Source of the DNA: Octopus vulgaris
Taxonomy: Eukaryota
DNA length: 64,000 nt
Direction: 5' to 3'
Assembly (NCBI GenBank): GCA_951406725.2
Contig: OX597830.1
Coordinates: 35,216,001-35,280,000 of the forward strand
The notes under the pieces are model-generated. The model made no database searches, had not been told where the DNA came from, and saw only the letters and a program-made list of their open reading frames with translations. Both the position numbers and the translations under genes were made by a program. This document shows positions 1 through 16,199 of this stretch, piece after piece. Position 1 is the stretch's first letter. Each line of letters starts with the position of its first letter.

Positions 1-99
1 TGGGGGGTTTTTTTCAGCTAGTTTCCAATCTCTATTTTATTGTTTAATTATATAAACAGAAAAGCATTTTTCCACTCCTATATATTTCCTTATTATGCT

Positions 100-1350
100 A
101 AACGGTTCCCATTCTAAGTGTTGTGGCCTTCAAAGTTCTTCTTTGTAGTTAGTTTTCCACTTGTAGGCAGTCCGACCTCGTTATTTGTAGGTAGATACAC
201 AACTTTATCCATACAAGCTTTGGATGTGCCATTTTGGAAACTGTTTGCCGATACCTTTTTTTTTTTGTTGCTTTATTTTATTCTGTCTGAGCTCATCATT
301 TTACTTCCGCATCATTATTTATACGTTGTAGTTTATTCCTGGATGGCATGCGGTATATTTGCACCAAGTATTTCTACGAAGCATCCGAGCTTTAGCGCTA
401 TATCAGATAGTTTCTTTTGTAATATTTTTTTCTTTTACTTTCTCCATCATTTCTACGTATTACTTCTTAACAGTTTCACCTCTTCCTAAATGTCTATGCA
501 GATGGTTGATTCGGGTCTAAATCCTGAATGTATCTAACTTAATGTCATCAGATTTATATAATATCCGTCTTCTTCCAGTAACTTTCGCACATATCACTAA
601 ATCTATTTTCTCATTAATGTCATACGAGAATTTATGAAAAACTATAAGTAGATTTACGTAGCTCTATATTATTCTGAGTAGATATATTAAAGCTTTCCAT
701 ATAGAGAAGGCAGTTGGTATCGTCTTGAGCATCTATATCTATTTGCTGTTTCATTAAAATAGATTTTACTCGAAGAATGAGGTTTAGGTTAAAGATTATT
801 GGATATTATATAACTTGCTGGATGATTTCTCTACTTATTGGTATACGCCTGGATTTAATTATCTTCTCTTCGTCTTGCAAGGATGTTTGTTTTTCATTTT
901 TACATAACATTATTGAAAATTTTAGTTAGTATAGGGATTGGCTACTTACTGTTCGAGTGTTTCTAATATCCAAGAGATTGGTTGGTATACTAGCAAATTC
1001 TCTTCAGTAAGCAATCCAAATCATATTAAGTCTTCGCTCTTTGCTTGTTTCTCATTAAACCTCGATTTACGAGTTGCTACACTTTCAGGTATCCGTACTG
1101 CTCCTTTGTAATAATACAATCAGTATCCAACTCTTTGTAAAGAATGTGTGAAAGGATTTTGTAACTTATTCGAAAGTAAGTTACAACAATTTCAGTTTGG
1201 GAATCACAGAAATTTTATTTAATTCTAGAAAATTAATATTGTTTACATTTCAGCAGCAATGAAGGTTTTGATTCTGGTCTGCTTATTTGTCCGCAGAATA
1301 ACACCAACACACAGCTCCTGGGTATCGGTTTCTCAACCATTTTTTTTTTA
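100..1350 (-). mobile_element. Old, heavily degraded R4/Dong-like RLE non-LTR retrotransposon (RT region)
   Basis: Manual minus-strand translation with stops and frameshifts gives RRLNMIWIAY*REFASIP (cf. RNLSxAWIDYKKAFDS), IFNL...NCLLYMESF (cf. LFxL...NHLxYMDDL) and HPKAxxDxxYLP-like text, in the same order as in ORF 18738-20909. Confidence 0.6.
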
Positions 1351-1404
1351 CCTATGACATATATATACATACCTACATACACACACACATACATATATAT
1401 ATAT

Positions 1405-1570
1405 ATATGCGATGAGGGTCTTTCAGTTTTCGTCAAACCAATCCACTCAAATGTCTCTGGTCGGCTCGAAGCTATTGTAGAAGACACTTGCACAACAAGC
1501 TACGCACTGGGGCTGAACCCAGAACCACATTGTTGCGAAAGAAACCTCTTACCACACAGCCACGCCGGCG
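1405..1570 (-). mobile_element. tRNA-derived SINE family A, 5' half
   Basis: Reverse complement of the head and body of the full copy at 22769-23175. Confidence 0.8.
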
Positions 1571-2409
1571 TGTTCGTTTAAGCTTTTCTTTTACTTCAAT
1601 AGCATCTTCTATGTTAATGATTTTAGACGTTTTATTACAATGAGTTCTTTTTTTTTCCTTTTGAAAATACGCCTCTCTTTTCCGATTTTTCAAAGAATAG
1701 AAAGGCTTTACTATTTTATTTTTCACGTAGTGTATCGTCTTTTCATTGTATTCCAAGACGTTTGACAGTATTAAGATCAAACCCGGTTTTCCACAATGCT
1801 GCCAGTGATATTGACTTGATTAAATCATTCAACCCGGTTGACAATCAGTTAATTTGCTACAATGGATGGTATATCCTGCAAGGTTTCCCAACTTATGTTT
1901 ATATTTTCGTGGAACTGCTTGTTTCTGCATGAGTTGCTTTTACGTATATCGAATTATTTTTCAGCAATTTTTTTAATGATCTCTTTTACTTCTTATTCAT
2001 TATTTCCATTTGGCCCATTCTTACGTCTGTTATACATGGTATTGTACATCTGTTGTTCATGGTGTTCTGTTTGTTTATGTGAGCGCGAAAAATAATATTG
2101 TCAGGGTTATGTAGGAGACCGTCTTAGGATATAGGCACAATGAGCAGTCGTCCAGGGTCCCCACGTTTCTGGGTGCCCACTCCTGATCATTGTTTGCTGT
2201 GGTTTTCTATCAACAAATGAAAATGTAGGGATCAATGCATTGATTTTCCTAGGGGCCAACAATACTACAAAGACGGGCTTGGCTATGTATTTTGTTGAAT
2301 GTCTCTTCGGGTACATCAACTGTATTCATCATTAGTTTGGATTTTTTTATACGAAAATCTCAAATGAAACGAGAAGCCACTTTGTGTAAGGGACTACGAA
2401 GAAGGAGAA

Positions 2410-2640
2410 ATTAAGACAAAAGCAGTAAATTTACAGATATCTTTAAAAAGTTCAGCTCATAAGAAAGAGGAAAATAATGAGTTGGAAGAGAGTTCTGAAG
2501 TCTAGCAGTTGGAGGGAAAAAGCTATGACTGTAGAAATAATTTCTTATTCATCGAAACACAGTAGCATTTGGATGAAGACTCTGTGAGTTTCGAATCTGA
2601 TGAGATGACACAAAGACAGTTCTTTTTCTATTATGAATAT
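2410..2640 (-). mobile_element. 3' end fragment of a CR1/L2/Jockey-group LINE
   Basis: Minus strand reads YSHSFFPPTARLQNSLPTHYFPLSYELNFLK, matching the SFFPRTxRLWNSLP C-terminal motif of these LINEs. Confidence 0.6.
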
Positions 2641-2653
2641 GCCATATTTATTA

Positions 2654-2886
2654 CCTATTTTTTTATTACCCACAAGGGGCTAAACATAGAGGGGACAAAC
2701 ATGGACAGACATAGGTATTAAGTCGATTGTATCGACCCCAGTGCGTAACTGGTACTTAATTTATCGACCCCGAAAGGATGAAAGGCAAAGTCGACCTCGG
2801 CGGAATTTGAACTCGGAACGTAAAGACAGACGAAATACCGTTACGCATTTCGCCCGGCGTGCTAACATTTCTGCCAGCTCGCCGCC
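2654..2886 (-). mobile_element. tRNA-derived SINE family B (Nin/Deu-like central domain)
   Basis: Minus strand GGCGGCGAGCTGGCAGAA...GAGTTCAAATTCCG (A/B boxes) followed by GCCTTTCATCCTTTCGGGGTCGATAAATTAAGTACCAG; many copies in the window. Confidence 0.85.
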
Positions 2887-2889
2887 ATA

Positions 2890-3240
2890 ATTATTACCTC
2901 CGCCGTCGCTGTTTTCAGTCGTGCTTGTTCGTTTGTTTGTCCGTGGACAAGATACCTCAAGAGCCACTGGATGGATTCGGATGAAACTTCCAGGGATGTT
3001 TGGCATTGTGACTAGCACAAACTGATTAGATTTTGAGATCGGTCCGATACCAGACAATGATTCTGGATTGGATTTTCCTGCTTTTTTTTTACTTAATTTT
3101 TGAGAGCAGTCGGGTTCATTTTCAGTATTCTCGTTTGTGAGAGCAGTCGAGTTTATTTTAGATATTCTCACTTAAAAAATCATCTCTGGCTAATCGTTGA
3201 GATGACATTAGTGTTGCCTTGGTGGAGGTATTATTTTCTT
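2890..3240. mobile_element. Non-autonomous Helentron/HINE-like element
   Basis: TTATTACCTCCGCC at the start and GCCTTGGTGGAGGT near the end (subterminal inverted repeat ACCTCCRCC), with an internal GTTT microsatellite. Confidence 0.45.
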
Positions 3241-3449
3241 TTTGTCGTGTTGTTTCATTTATTCAACGACATATCTGGTCTATAGTTGAACTCTTTATAA
3301 ATATTATTGGTTTAAGTTTGTTTCATTTTCTATTGTTTTCAATGCACAGTGTCGTTTCCTTTCATTTGACGGCGGAAATTTGAACATTTACCCTTTCTGG
3401 TCGTATGTGCGTAAGTTAAATAATGTATTTCATACGTTATAATCAACTT

Positions 3450-3500
3450 GATATCATCATCATCATTATCATCGTCGTCGTCATCATCATCATCATCACT

Positions 3501-3547
<47 letters not shown>

Positions 3548-3769
3548 TATCATCATCATCATCATCACTTTCATCATCATCACTATCATCATCATCACTA
3601 TTATCACATCATCACCATGATCGTCATCATCACTATTATCATTATCATCATCATTATCACCAACATCATCATCACTATCATCATCATCATCTTCATCATC
3701 ATCATCATCACCATCACTATCTCATCATCATCATCGTCGTTGTCATCGTTGTCGTAAACATTATTATTA

Positions 3770-3836
<67 letters not shown>

Positions 3837-4227
3837 CATCATCATCATCATCATTAATATTATTATTATTATTATTATTATTACTATTATTATTATTATT
3901 AGTGTTAGTACAGTCGTTGTTCCTGTTGTTGATATTATTACAGATATTCTTGTCATCTTTTCCGTCAGCAAAATAATCATTAGTATTAACATCAGTTGTT
4001 CCAGCGTGCTCATTTGCCGTAATCATTATCGCTTTCATTAACACGCTCGTCGTCATCATCGTCATCGTCGTCGTCGTCGTAGTCGTCATTATCATAATCA
4101 TCATCATCATCATTTGTATCAAGTTCGGCTTTTTCGTTACTGTCTGCAATATCAATTTAGCTACTCTCAATTATTGTCATCATAATTATCCGTATTATCG
4201 TAATCGTGTCCGTCATCATCATCGTCG

Positions 4228-4271
<44 letters not shown>

Positions 4272-5055
4272 GTCATCGTCATCGTCATCATGATCATCAT
4301 CATGATCATCATCATCATCAACATCATCATCATCATCATCGTCGTTGTCGTCGTCATTCTCATATGCTCATCTTCATCATCACCATCATCATCATCATCA
4401 TCATCATAATCATCATCATCATCATTATCATCACCAACATTATGCTGCCGTCATTGTAAACTCTATCGCAGCTAACGTAATCAAGAAGATATCATCTTCA
4501 TCATCATCAGCAGCATCATCATCATCATCACTGTGAGCAGCAGCAGTAGAAACAGCAGCAGCTTCGGTGTTAACTCCATAATTGCCATTGTCATCATCTT
4601 CATTACCCACACCAACAGAACAAACACGCGCGTACACGTAATTCTCATCATTACGAAAATCAACGTTGATTCTTTAACAAAACAATAAACGACCAAAAAC
4701 AAAAGAAAACAACTAACAAAACAAAAAATATGAAACACAATACGGCCGCCATCATGTTCTTCATTTCTAGTTCATTTAATTCTCTAATACTCCCCACCCT
4801 CCATTTTCACCTCACCCCACTTTTAATGACTGATTGTCCGACAAACATAAAAGGCTCACTTCATTAACTTGAACATCTTCTTCTTCTTCTTCTTCTTCTT
4901 CTTCTTCTTCTTCTTCTTCTTCTTCTTCTTCTTCTTCTTCTTCTTCTTCTTCTTCCCCTTCTTCTTCTTCTCCTCCTTTTTCGTCTTCTTCCCCTTCCTC
5001 TCTCACTTCTTTTCTTTTTCTTCTTCTTTTCTTCTTCTTCTCTTCATTATTATTA

Positions 5056-5105
<50 letters not shown>

Positions 5106-5137
5106 ATATACTTCGCTTCCTCTTCATATCAATATTT

Positions 5138-5185
<48 letters not shown>

Positions 5186-5222
5186 TCACAACAACAATAA
5201 GAAGAACAACTACTACTATTAT

Positions 5223-5255
<33 letters not shown>

Positions 5256-5770
5256 CACAACAATTGGTCATGCTTGTTGTTGCTAGTGTTGTCCGGCTTC
5301 GTCCGTCACTCGATTTACCATCACTTCGTCTATTGTTTTTACTCTATCAACGTCGCCATTATCAAACGACCTTCAGCTACTTTTAACGCTTCTAACACAA
5401 AAGCCCTCCATCGTCGCCATTAAACACCTACAGGCTACGGAAGATCATGTTTTGTCTGTCGTCACAACATCATCCTCGTAGCCGACATCTTCATCATCAT
5501 CATCGTCGTCGTCGCCGTCGTCATCGATGTCATCACTACGACCATCATATGTCATTATAACCATCGTGTTCATTGCCGTCATTATCATCGCAATTATCCC
5601 CTTCTTGCTCCTCCTGTACCTCCTCCTCTTTCTCATCATCATCATCATCATCATCATCACTAACCTCGCCGTCACTACTACCACCACCACCACAGCAACA
5701 ACAACAACAACAACAACAACCATCATCACCACATCGTCGTCATCATCATCCTCATCATCATCATTGTAAC
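3450..5770. repeat. Compound trinucleotide microsatellite field (ATC, ATT, GTC, TTC, TAC, AAC)
   Basis: Directly visible; produces the poly-I/S/H/F/Y pseudo-ORFs. Confidence 0.97.
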
Positions 5771-6212
5771 CGTCATTAACTCTATTAATGATCAAATTTG
5801 TAGTATTAGAAGTAGTATGTACGTTTGCATATATATGCATGTGCGTATATATATATGTACGTATATGTATGTATATATGTATGAATGTATATATTTATGT
5901 ATATATGTGTACATGTATAAATGTATTTACTGTTCTATTTATGTATCTATATATGTATTGTTCTATGTATGTATGCATGTATGTATGTATCGAATTTTTA
6001 TTTTACATTTTTTTTTTGGTTTGTGTGTTTGATTATTGTTTAACTTTTTGAAAGTTCTGCTGTATTAGCTTCAGTGATTAATTGTGTGTAATTGCGTTTT
6101 ATTTCATATGTGAGTTTATTTGGGTTGAGAGAGAAAGAGAGGGAGAGGGAGAGAAAAGAAGAAACAAAGAGAGAGAGAAAAATACTTGATTAGAGAGAGA
6201 AAGTATGTTTGG

Positions 6213-6279
<67 letters not shown>

Positions 6280-6540
6280 TGTGTGTTTTTCGGTAATGGC
6301 AGCGAACTTTAACTAATCTTGATTTAAAGGTTAATATTCCGTGTGGAAACGCAGCGGTGCCTTCATTAATTTCGCCTTAATATAAGACCGTATAATTCTT
6401 TAGCATTCTCTACAATGTATACATATATCTAATCGCGTATGTTTAAGAGGTACGTTTATGCATACATGTATATGTGTGTCTCTGTATATGTATATAAGTT
6501 CATATATGCATGTGCCTACACCCAATCACACATGTACATA

Positions 6541-6637
<97 letters not shown>

Positions 6638-6790
6638 GTATTTATGTATATATATGTCTGTATATATATGTATGTATATATATATATATGTATATATATA
6701 TGTATATGTATATATATATATGTATATATATACTTATGTATGTATGCATGCATATATATATATATATAATATATATATATATATATGAGT
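6213..6790. repeat. (TG)n and (TA)n microsatellites
   Basis: Directly visible. Confidence 0.95.
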
Positions 6791-8393
6791 GCGGCTGTAT
6801 GTGTGTTTACGCGTGTAATTATTGAATGCCATTGTGTTTTTGCCTGGCCTAACATTCCAGTAGAAATTTGAAAATTATATTCTCTAATAAGGTTCTAGGC
6901 TACGCTTATTCTACAAGCTCTGTATTTTTAGAAATTACATTTTATCAGACGTAGAATAATGGTTTCGGAAAATATTCTCGCTTACGTAATATGCTTTAAT
7001 AAAAATCGTATTATGTCTCCGAAATAGCTTGATTCTTCTGATATAAGTTTTCAGATAATTGCAATTATTCGCAGGCGAAGATAGAATATCAGATATTATC
7101 ACAAGATATTGAGAACATTCAAGTTGTTGTTTGTTGTTTTCTAGTATTAGTTGTGGTTTTGTTCCCATATCAAGCCTTATCGAACAGACCTATGATCATA
7201 TGAGTGAGTTCTTGATGTCGCCAACTCGATATTTCGTGTATTTATTACTTCCATATTTTGTGTATACCTGGTGTGATTCTAAGGAGATTCGGCTTTTGTT
7301 TCTAGCCAGGATTGCGATCATATAAAGTGCCTTTGGAACTGTCTACGCAAGCAATAGTTACCTCAGTAAAATCAGCCGTTTTTTTTATTTTTCTATCTTT
7401 TTATTGGTTTCAGTTAGAGAACACGGCTATGGTAGGGTACCAGAGCTATATATTCCTTATGGAGCTCTCTACGACAGTCCTATTTAAGGGGAGCTATGAA
7501 GAACAACAACCTTTATTGAGCAGCATATCTTTTGGCTATCAGAAATGGTGTGTCGAAAACTATATCAGGCACTATGTCCTACCATTTATCGAAGCACCAG
7601 ACGTTGATTTGAAGGATATTTGCCTGCTAGATCTAGCTGATTGAATGACTACGTAGTGGATCTCCGGTTTGCTCAAAAATATGAAGCTACATCTTTAATT
7701 GTTTATTCCAAAATTGTTACTGATGGATCCAACTTGTTACCTCATTGTCCTCAGCCGTAATTTATGCTTCGTTTTCATTATTTATGGATATATAAATAAT
7801 GGACGTTTTACTTTTTGATAGATAGAAAAGAAAGAAAAGTACTCGCCGGTGACCGAAAATAACAAGCGAAAACAGAGTAAAGCGAAATATTAGGTGGTCA
7901 TTAACAAACACCTTCCGAGAAACTCTTGATTCTACCGACTGTTCTACAGAAACAGTGTAAAGTTGAGTTTCAGTAGTATTAGATGTGAAACATGTCCACC
8001 ATTAAAAATGTTCAGGATGCAGTGAGAAGGCCTATGCCTAAAAGGCCTACGCCTAAAAAAAAGCATCACATACATTTCCTAATGCCACAATGTCTTTCAG
8101 CAACTTACACTGTCACACAGAGTGTGTAAACAATACACTTAAAATTCACTTATATCAACACAAGTAAAATTAAGAGCATATTCTGAAAACATATAGAAAT
8201 GTCCACATAGATTTGAAGTAGCAGAACTGTATTCATAAAAATTTTTAATGGGCGAGATTAGTCCCAACTTAGAAACGCAATCAAATATTTGTTGTTGTTG
8301 TTGTTGTTGCTGTTGTTGGTCATCCAGTAAATATATTTCATTTATGTGTTTATTGTTTGGAAATAACTAACCTGCACTACAATATCATATATA

Positions 8394-9017
8394 CAGGGTG
8401 CAATGAGTAATTCGCCGCCATTTTAGATTTTTAATTTCGCGTCCGCGCATTGTTTGTTTTTTTTATTTTTTCGACTACACAGTACAGTAGGTTCAGATGT
8501 GCGCCATCTGTGAGAAAAACAGCACCATGACGCAATTCACTATGCCAGAAATTTGGAAATCGCTTAGCATTCGCACCGGAAGCCCCAATACGAACATTTC
8601 AGCGTTTGGGTGTCAATCTGAGGACAGTGCAATCTGAATACATGTACTGAGGGTGATAAAAATCAAACACCCACTCAACATCATGTGCTTGGGGTGATCA
8701 CTAGTGATAGCAACGTTATGCCTCCATTCATCTTCCCACGCGGCCTCACAGTCAACATGGAGGCCTACATCAAGTGCCTTGAGGAGGTAGTGCTGCCCTG
8801 ATCAAGAGGGTGGCTGCTAGAAGACACTATGTCTGGCAACAGGACTCCGCACCATTCCACACAAGCAGGAGAACCCAGTCGTGACTGTGAGACAATTTCT
8901 GCGACCACATTACCCCTAACATCCACCCACCTAACTCCCCAGATTGCAACCCCGTTGATTATTGTGTGTGGAGGGCAGTTGAGAGGGACATCAACAACAC
9001 TCCTTGTTACACCAAAT
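8394..9017 (+). mobile_element. Truncated Tc1/mariner-superfamily DNA transposon (maT/DD37D-like)
   Basis: TA|CAGGGTG terminus; broken transposase HIMCLGVITSDSNVMPPFIFPRGLTVNMEAYIKCLEEVVLP and PPNSPDCNPVDYCVWRAVE (WPPxSPDxNPLDY motif). Confidence 0.75.
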
Positions 9018-9898
9018 ATTACAGTCCGGACCACATTGCTCAATGCGCTCTAGTTTTCAAAGAAATCACGGTGTGATCTTAGGAAAAGTTAACTATTATT
9101 TTTACCAGGGCCTGCAAATGCGTACAGAATCTCTCGTTGGCTCATAATATTTGGTAGTGGAATTACTTTAAAAAGCTGAAATGCAAAGATTTTTAATATC
9201 AGTTAAAACAAACCAATATTTTGAAGTTTTCCAAATATGCTACGTTAAAAACAGGGGTAAAATTACCCTAAAATCACAGCTCATTCTCTTATTAAAAAGA
9301 AGATATTAGGTTATGTGGTCACTACTAGAATGTGCTTGAAGCATAAATGGAATGATCGAGATTAGAGAAAATTTGATTGTATGTCTTCTCGAGCAAGGCT
9401 GACCTATATGAAAGCAACAATAACAATTACAGCAATAATTAATAGACGCAATTTCCAGTGAGGTGATACACCTCATTTCTTCTATTCGAAGCTGAGTCTA
9501 TTAAAGCCCACAGATCCAACAATGATCCATAGATACTGACATCAGCACCGCGTAATAATTGTTCTGTTCTGTACATTCCTGTTTAATGGCAGAAATATAT
9601 CATAAATATTTTTGCGTGATGGCTCGGGGCCTGCATTAAAAGAAAATTGGTTATCAGCATGAACTAAGTTTTATTTATCAATATTTTTGCGAACATTTAA
9701 AATATCATAGGACATGCATTGCAGCGTAGTTGAGAATGTTGGTTTGCAATCGCATGTCTTTGGGGTCAGTTCAACTGTGTGGTTCCTTGTACAAGTATCT
9801 TAAACAACGACCTCGTGCAGCTAAGTTAATTTCATACATATTAACTTAAATGTGTGTGTATGCGTATATGTGTGCATGTGTGTATATTTCTGTATATA

Positions 9899-10109
9899 CA
9901 GGGTGGCCCAAAAGTAGGTTTACAGTTATTCAACTATCTCTTTCGCATTCATGTATTATCAGTTAAGATTTTTATTATAAAAAATATGAAACCGTTATTC
10001 TATGCTAATTTAGTTAATTGTAAGATAGAAATTTAAATGTAATAAAATATTTTAAAAGAAATTTAAAGTGCCTACGTGATACGTGTAAGCCTACTTTTGG
10101 ACCATCCTG
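9899..10109. mobile_element. MITE with about 26-bp TIRs (Tc1/mariner type)
   Basis: CAGGGTGGCCCAAAAGTAGGTTTACA ... TGTAAGCCTACTTTTGGACCATCCTG, preceded by TA. Confidence 0.8.
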
Positions 10110-10821
10110 TGTACCACACTATTTGACACTCAGATTTGATTTAATTACACCCCTGTAGCAGAGGCGTTTGCCAGTACTTAAAATAAGTAAATAAGTTCTA
10201 AGTTCGATTGTTCTAAGTTCGACGGAATGACCATCACGACTATTGTTGACTTTGTAGAAGAGTTGGAGAGTCCGAAAAATGTTTCCGCTCTTTCCGTTCT
10301 GATTCCACATCCCACCGAGATCACCTATGCTTTTCATCTTTTCGGGGTCGATGGATGGGAAAGTCTTCTTTTTTCTTATGCCCCTTTATTAGACTATTTT
10401 CCTTAGTCATTACATGGTGATTGCCATAAGCTTTAAGCTTATATAAAAGTACCATTATTATTATTTACAGGATTGTAAACCACGGCGCCGTAGTAAAAAA
10501 GCATTCGCACTGTATCCGTCAATTATTCTACTCGATATTATCCATAAAAAACCTTCCTCTGAAAATTGTTCGCTCTGTGCCAAAATTATAAATCACTACT
10601 TTGAAACGGCACAGTATAGAATGCATAGTATACAAATTGTAAATCACTATTTTGAAAGGGTACAGTATATTTGTGGTAAATTTAGTCGTTAAATTCTAAG
10701 TTTGTAAACGACGTAAGCGTTTAGTTTCTGAATGTTTCCTGGTTGATAGTCTCGATTGATCCGCCACCTCAAAACTGGTGGCGTGGTGCTAATATTAGAG
10801 ACCTTAATATTACAAGTGTAA

Positions 10822-11203
10822 GTTGGCACGCCGGGCGAAATGCTTAGCGGTATTTCGACTGCCGTTACGTTCTGAGTTCAAATTCCGCCGAGGTCGATTT
10901 TGCCTTTCATCCTTTCGGGGTCGATAAATTTAGTACCAGTTACGCACTTGGGTCGATATAATCGACTTAATCCACCTATCTGTCCTTGTTTGTCTCCTCT
11001 GTGTTTAGCCCCTTGTGGGTAGTAAAGAAATAGGTATTTCGTCTGCCGCTACGTTCTGAGTTCAAATGCCGCCGGAGTCGACATTGCTCTTTCATCCTTT
11101 CGGCGTCGATAAATTAAGTACCAGTTGCTTACTGGGATCGATCTAATCGACTACCACAGCTACCAACAAATCTCAGGCCTTGTACCTATAGTAGAAAGGA
11201 TTA
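10822..11203 (+). mobile_element. SINE family B, dimeric copy
   Basis: Two successive B-box plus Nin-like cores; same layout as 24471-24820. Confidence 0.85.
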
Positions 11204-11684
11204 TAAGGATTATATTAAAAGCGTAGGGAATGATGTTTGAGGTAGATTTAGTTATTTATTCTAGCAATTTCAACGACTACGTAAGGGTCCAATTTCTTAC
11301 TAGTTCAGTAAAAGTGAGAAGATTATTGGTGCAAGTAATGATAAATCTGAGTGGAAACTAAGTTTGTTAAAGAAAAAAGGGTGAAGGAAATGTATGAAGT
11401 CGTGTAATACAATAGAAATGATAGTAATTTAAATTACTAAGACAAGATAGAACACACATATAAGTCTTCAGAGATGCATATAATTAAAAAAAGCGAATAA
11501 GGCTATGATTAATGAGAGAGATTTTGATTCCGATGAATAAAAAAAAATGAAATAAAAGAGAATATGAAAAAAAGGGAAAACACAAGAGACGTGACAATAG
11601 GAAACTTCGAGTTTAGTACAAAGTAATTAAAGTACAAATGAGATAGAGCATATAAACACACACACACACAAAAACACACACATT

Positions 11685-14220
<2,536 letters not shown>

Positions 14221-14991
14221 TTTTGCTTAATATTTGTTATTTTCCGTACACTCCTGCGTAAGTGCTTAAACATGTGTGTACGTGTGCGAGCGTGTATGTG
14301 TGTGTGTATTTGAGTGTAATTTAATTACTTATCCTAGAATGGGGTCAGTAATGGTTCGTGATAATTTGCATTTCCTTAAATAATGGTCCAGCAATTTACA
14401 GACTCACAACATTTTCCTACTGTTGTCATTACTTTGGGTAATAATACAACTTTTATTTCAATAATTACACGTATAATTCTTTCTCTGCCTATTTTGTATG
14501 TCTATCATTCTCTCTCACTCTAAATCCCCCCTCTCTTTCTCTTTCCCTCTCCTTCTTCGTCTTTTATACGAAGTCACTACCAATAAAAATTTGTTCGTCT
14601 TTTTCACAAATCATGAGTTTTCTTGGAGATTTTTTTATATTTTTCCCCACATTATTTTACTATTAAGGAAAATTAGATAATGCGTTTAGTTTGAGCACTC
14701 TCTGGTTTCACAAATTAATACAAATGGCCGACTGTATACATTCTCAAATATATATACATACATGTGTGGGTGTGTGTGTTTGTGTGTGTATCCTCGTGTG
14801 TGTGTATCGGTGTGTGTGATGATGTATGTATGAATGTAGATGTTCATGAAGATTTTTCACACAAATATTTTCCTAAATGTATGAATAAAATTATCTTTAT
14901 ACTTATATGACTCATTCCCCCTCACGCCACGTCTCATTCCCTCACTATATCTCTGTATTACTCACTTTTTCTTTCTCTTTATGATTCCCTC

Positions 14992-15129
<138 letters not shown>

Positions 15130-16199
15130 CATGAACATATATACGCACTTATCCACTCGTGCGTTTCAAAAGGTAATGTGGCTTATACGGTTATGCTTTA
15201 AGATTTTGATTGATTCTTTCCAACACAAATTGCACTGGGCACTCTCTCCCTGATATTGCTTTACAGTGTCGAAGGTGCATCCTGTATTACTATATGGTGT
15301 GCAATTATTTTATACGCAGTGTAAGGAGGTAGCGAAACTATAATTATTGCTTTAGCAATAATTACACCTCGTAAAGGAGCTAAGGTGAGCTGAGTATCGA
15401 CGCTTAAATGTAACTGTGATGTCCAAATGTTTTAGTGAAATTCTGTTGTTCGTTAATTGTTGATCATTTGTAAACTTCATTACACCTTCAGCAGCTGTCA
15501 TTCGAAGGGCAATTAGCTTGTATCCCATAGTCGCATATTTGCATATCGGATGTGCATCCCTGATATTTCTCATTAGTATTATCACTAATTAAAGGGGACG
15601 AGCAGTTAGATTCGTTACCCCTCCGGCCGGGCGAAACACTTAACGGCATTTTGTCTGTCATGAGGTTCTGTGTTCAAATTTCACCGCGCTCCATTTCGCC
15701 TTTTTCCCTTTGGGGTAGATGAAAATATAAATACCAGTTGAACACCTCTTTGAAATCGCTAGCCTTTTGTCAAAATTGGAAACTTTTATAACTAAGATTT
15801 CTCTCAGCAGTTAAATAGTTCTATTTCGATGCGAATGAAACCAATTTTTCAATGTCTTGCTGCTTCTAGGTTGCTGCTTGAAAATTGTCAATGTTCATTG
15901 TTCAGTGTTCGCGTGTCCATCGTTACATTCTACATTAATCATTGTCCCACTGTCTATCCCTAAGTTTATATTACGGCTAGTATCTTCTTCTTCTTCTTCT
16001 TCTTCTTCTTCTTCTTCTTCTTCTTCTTCTTCTTCTTCTTCTTCTTCTGCTTCTTCTTCTTCTACTTCTTCTTCTTCCGCGACATGGTGATCTTATATCA
16101 ATATATACAGCACATGACCTTGCAGGTGCGGCCCAGTTAGAAATTTTTAGGTTGAGTAGCCCATCCCGCTCAAAAGGCCCCTGATTATTTTTAACATTA

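Noticed and set aside
3423-5840. Long ORFs of poly-I/S/H/N/E/F/Y
   Set aside because: Trinucleotide microsatellites open in several frames on both strands; no domain or splice evidence
7312-7800. ORF 7312-7644 and a possible Tc1-like relic
   Set aside because: Mosaic of decayed repeats with motifs too degraded to support a call
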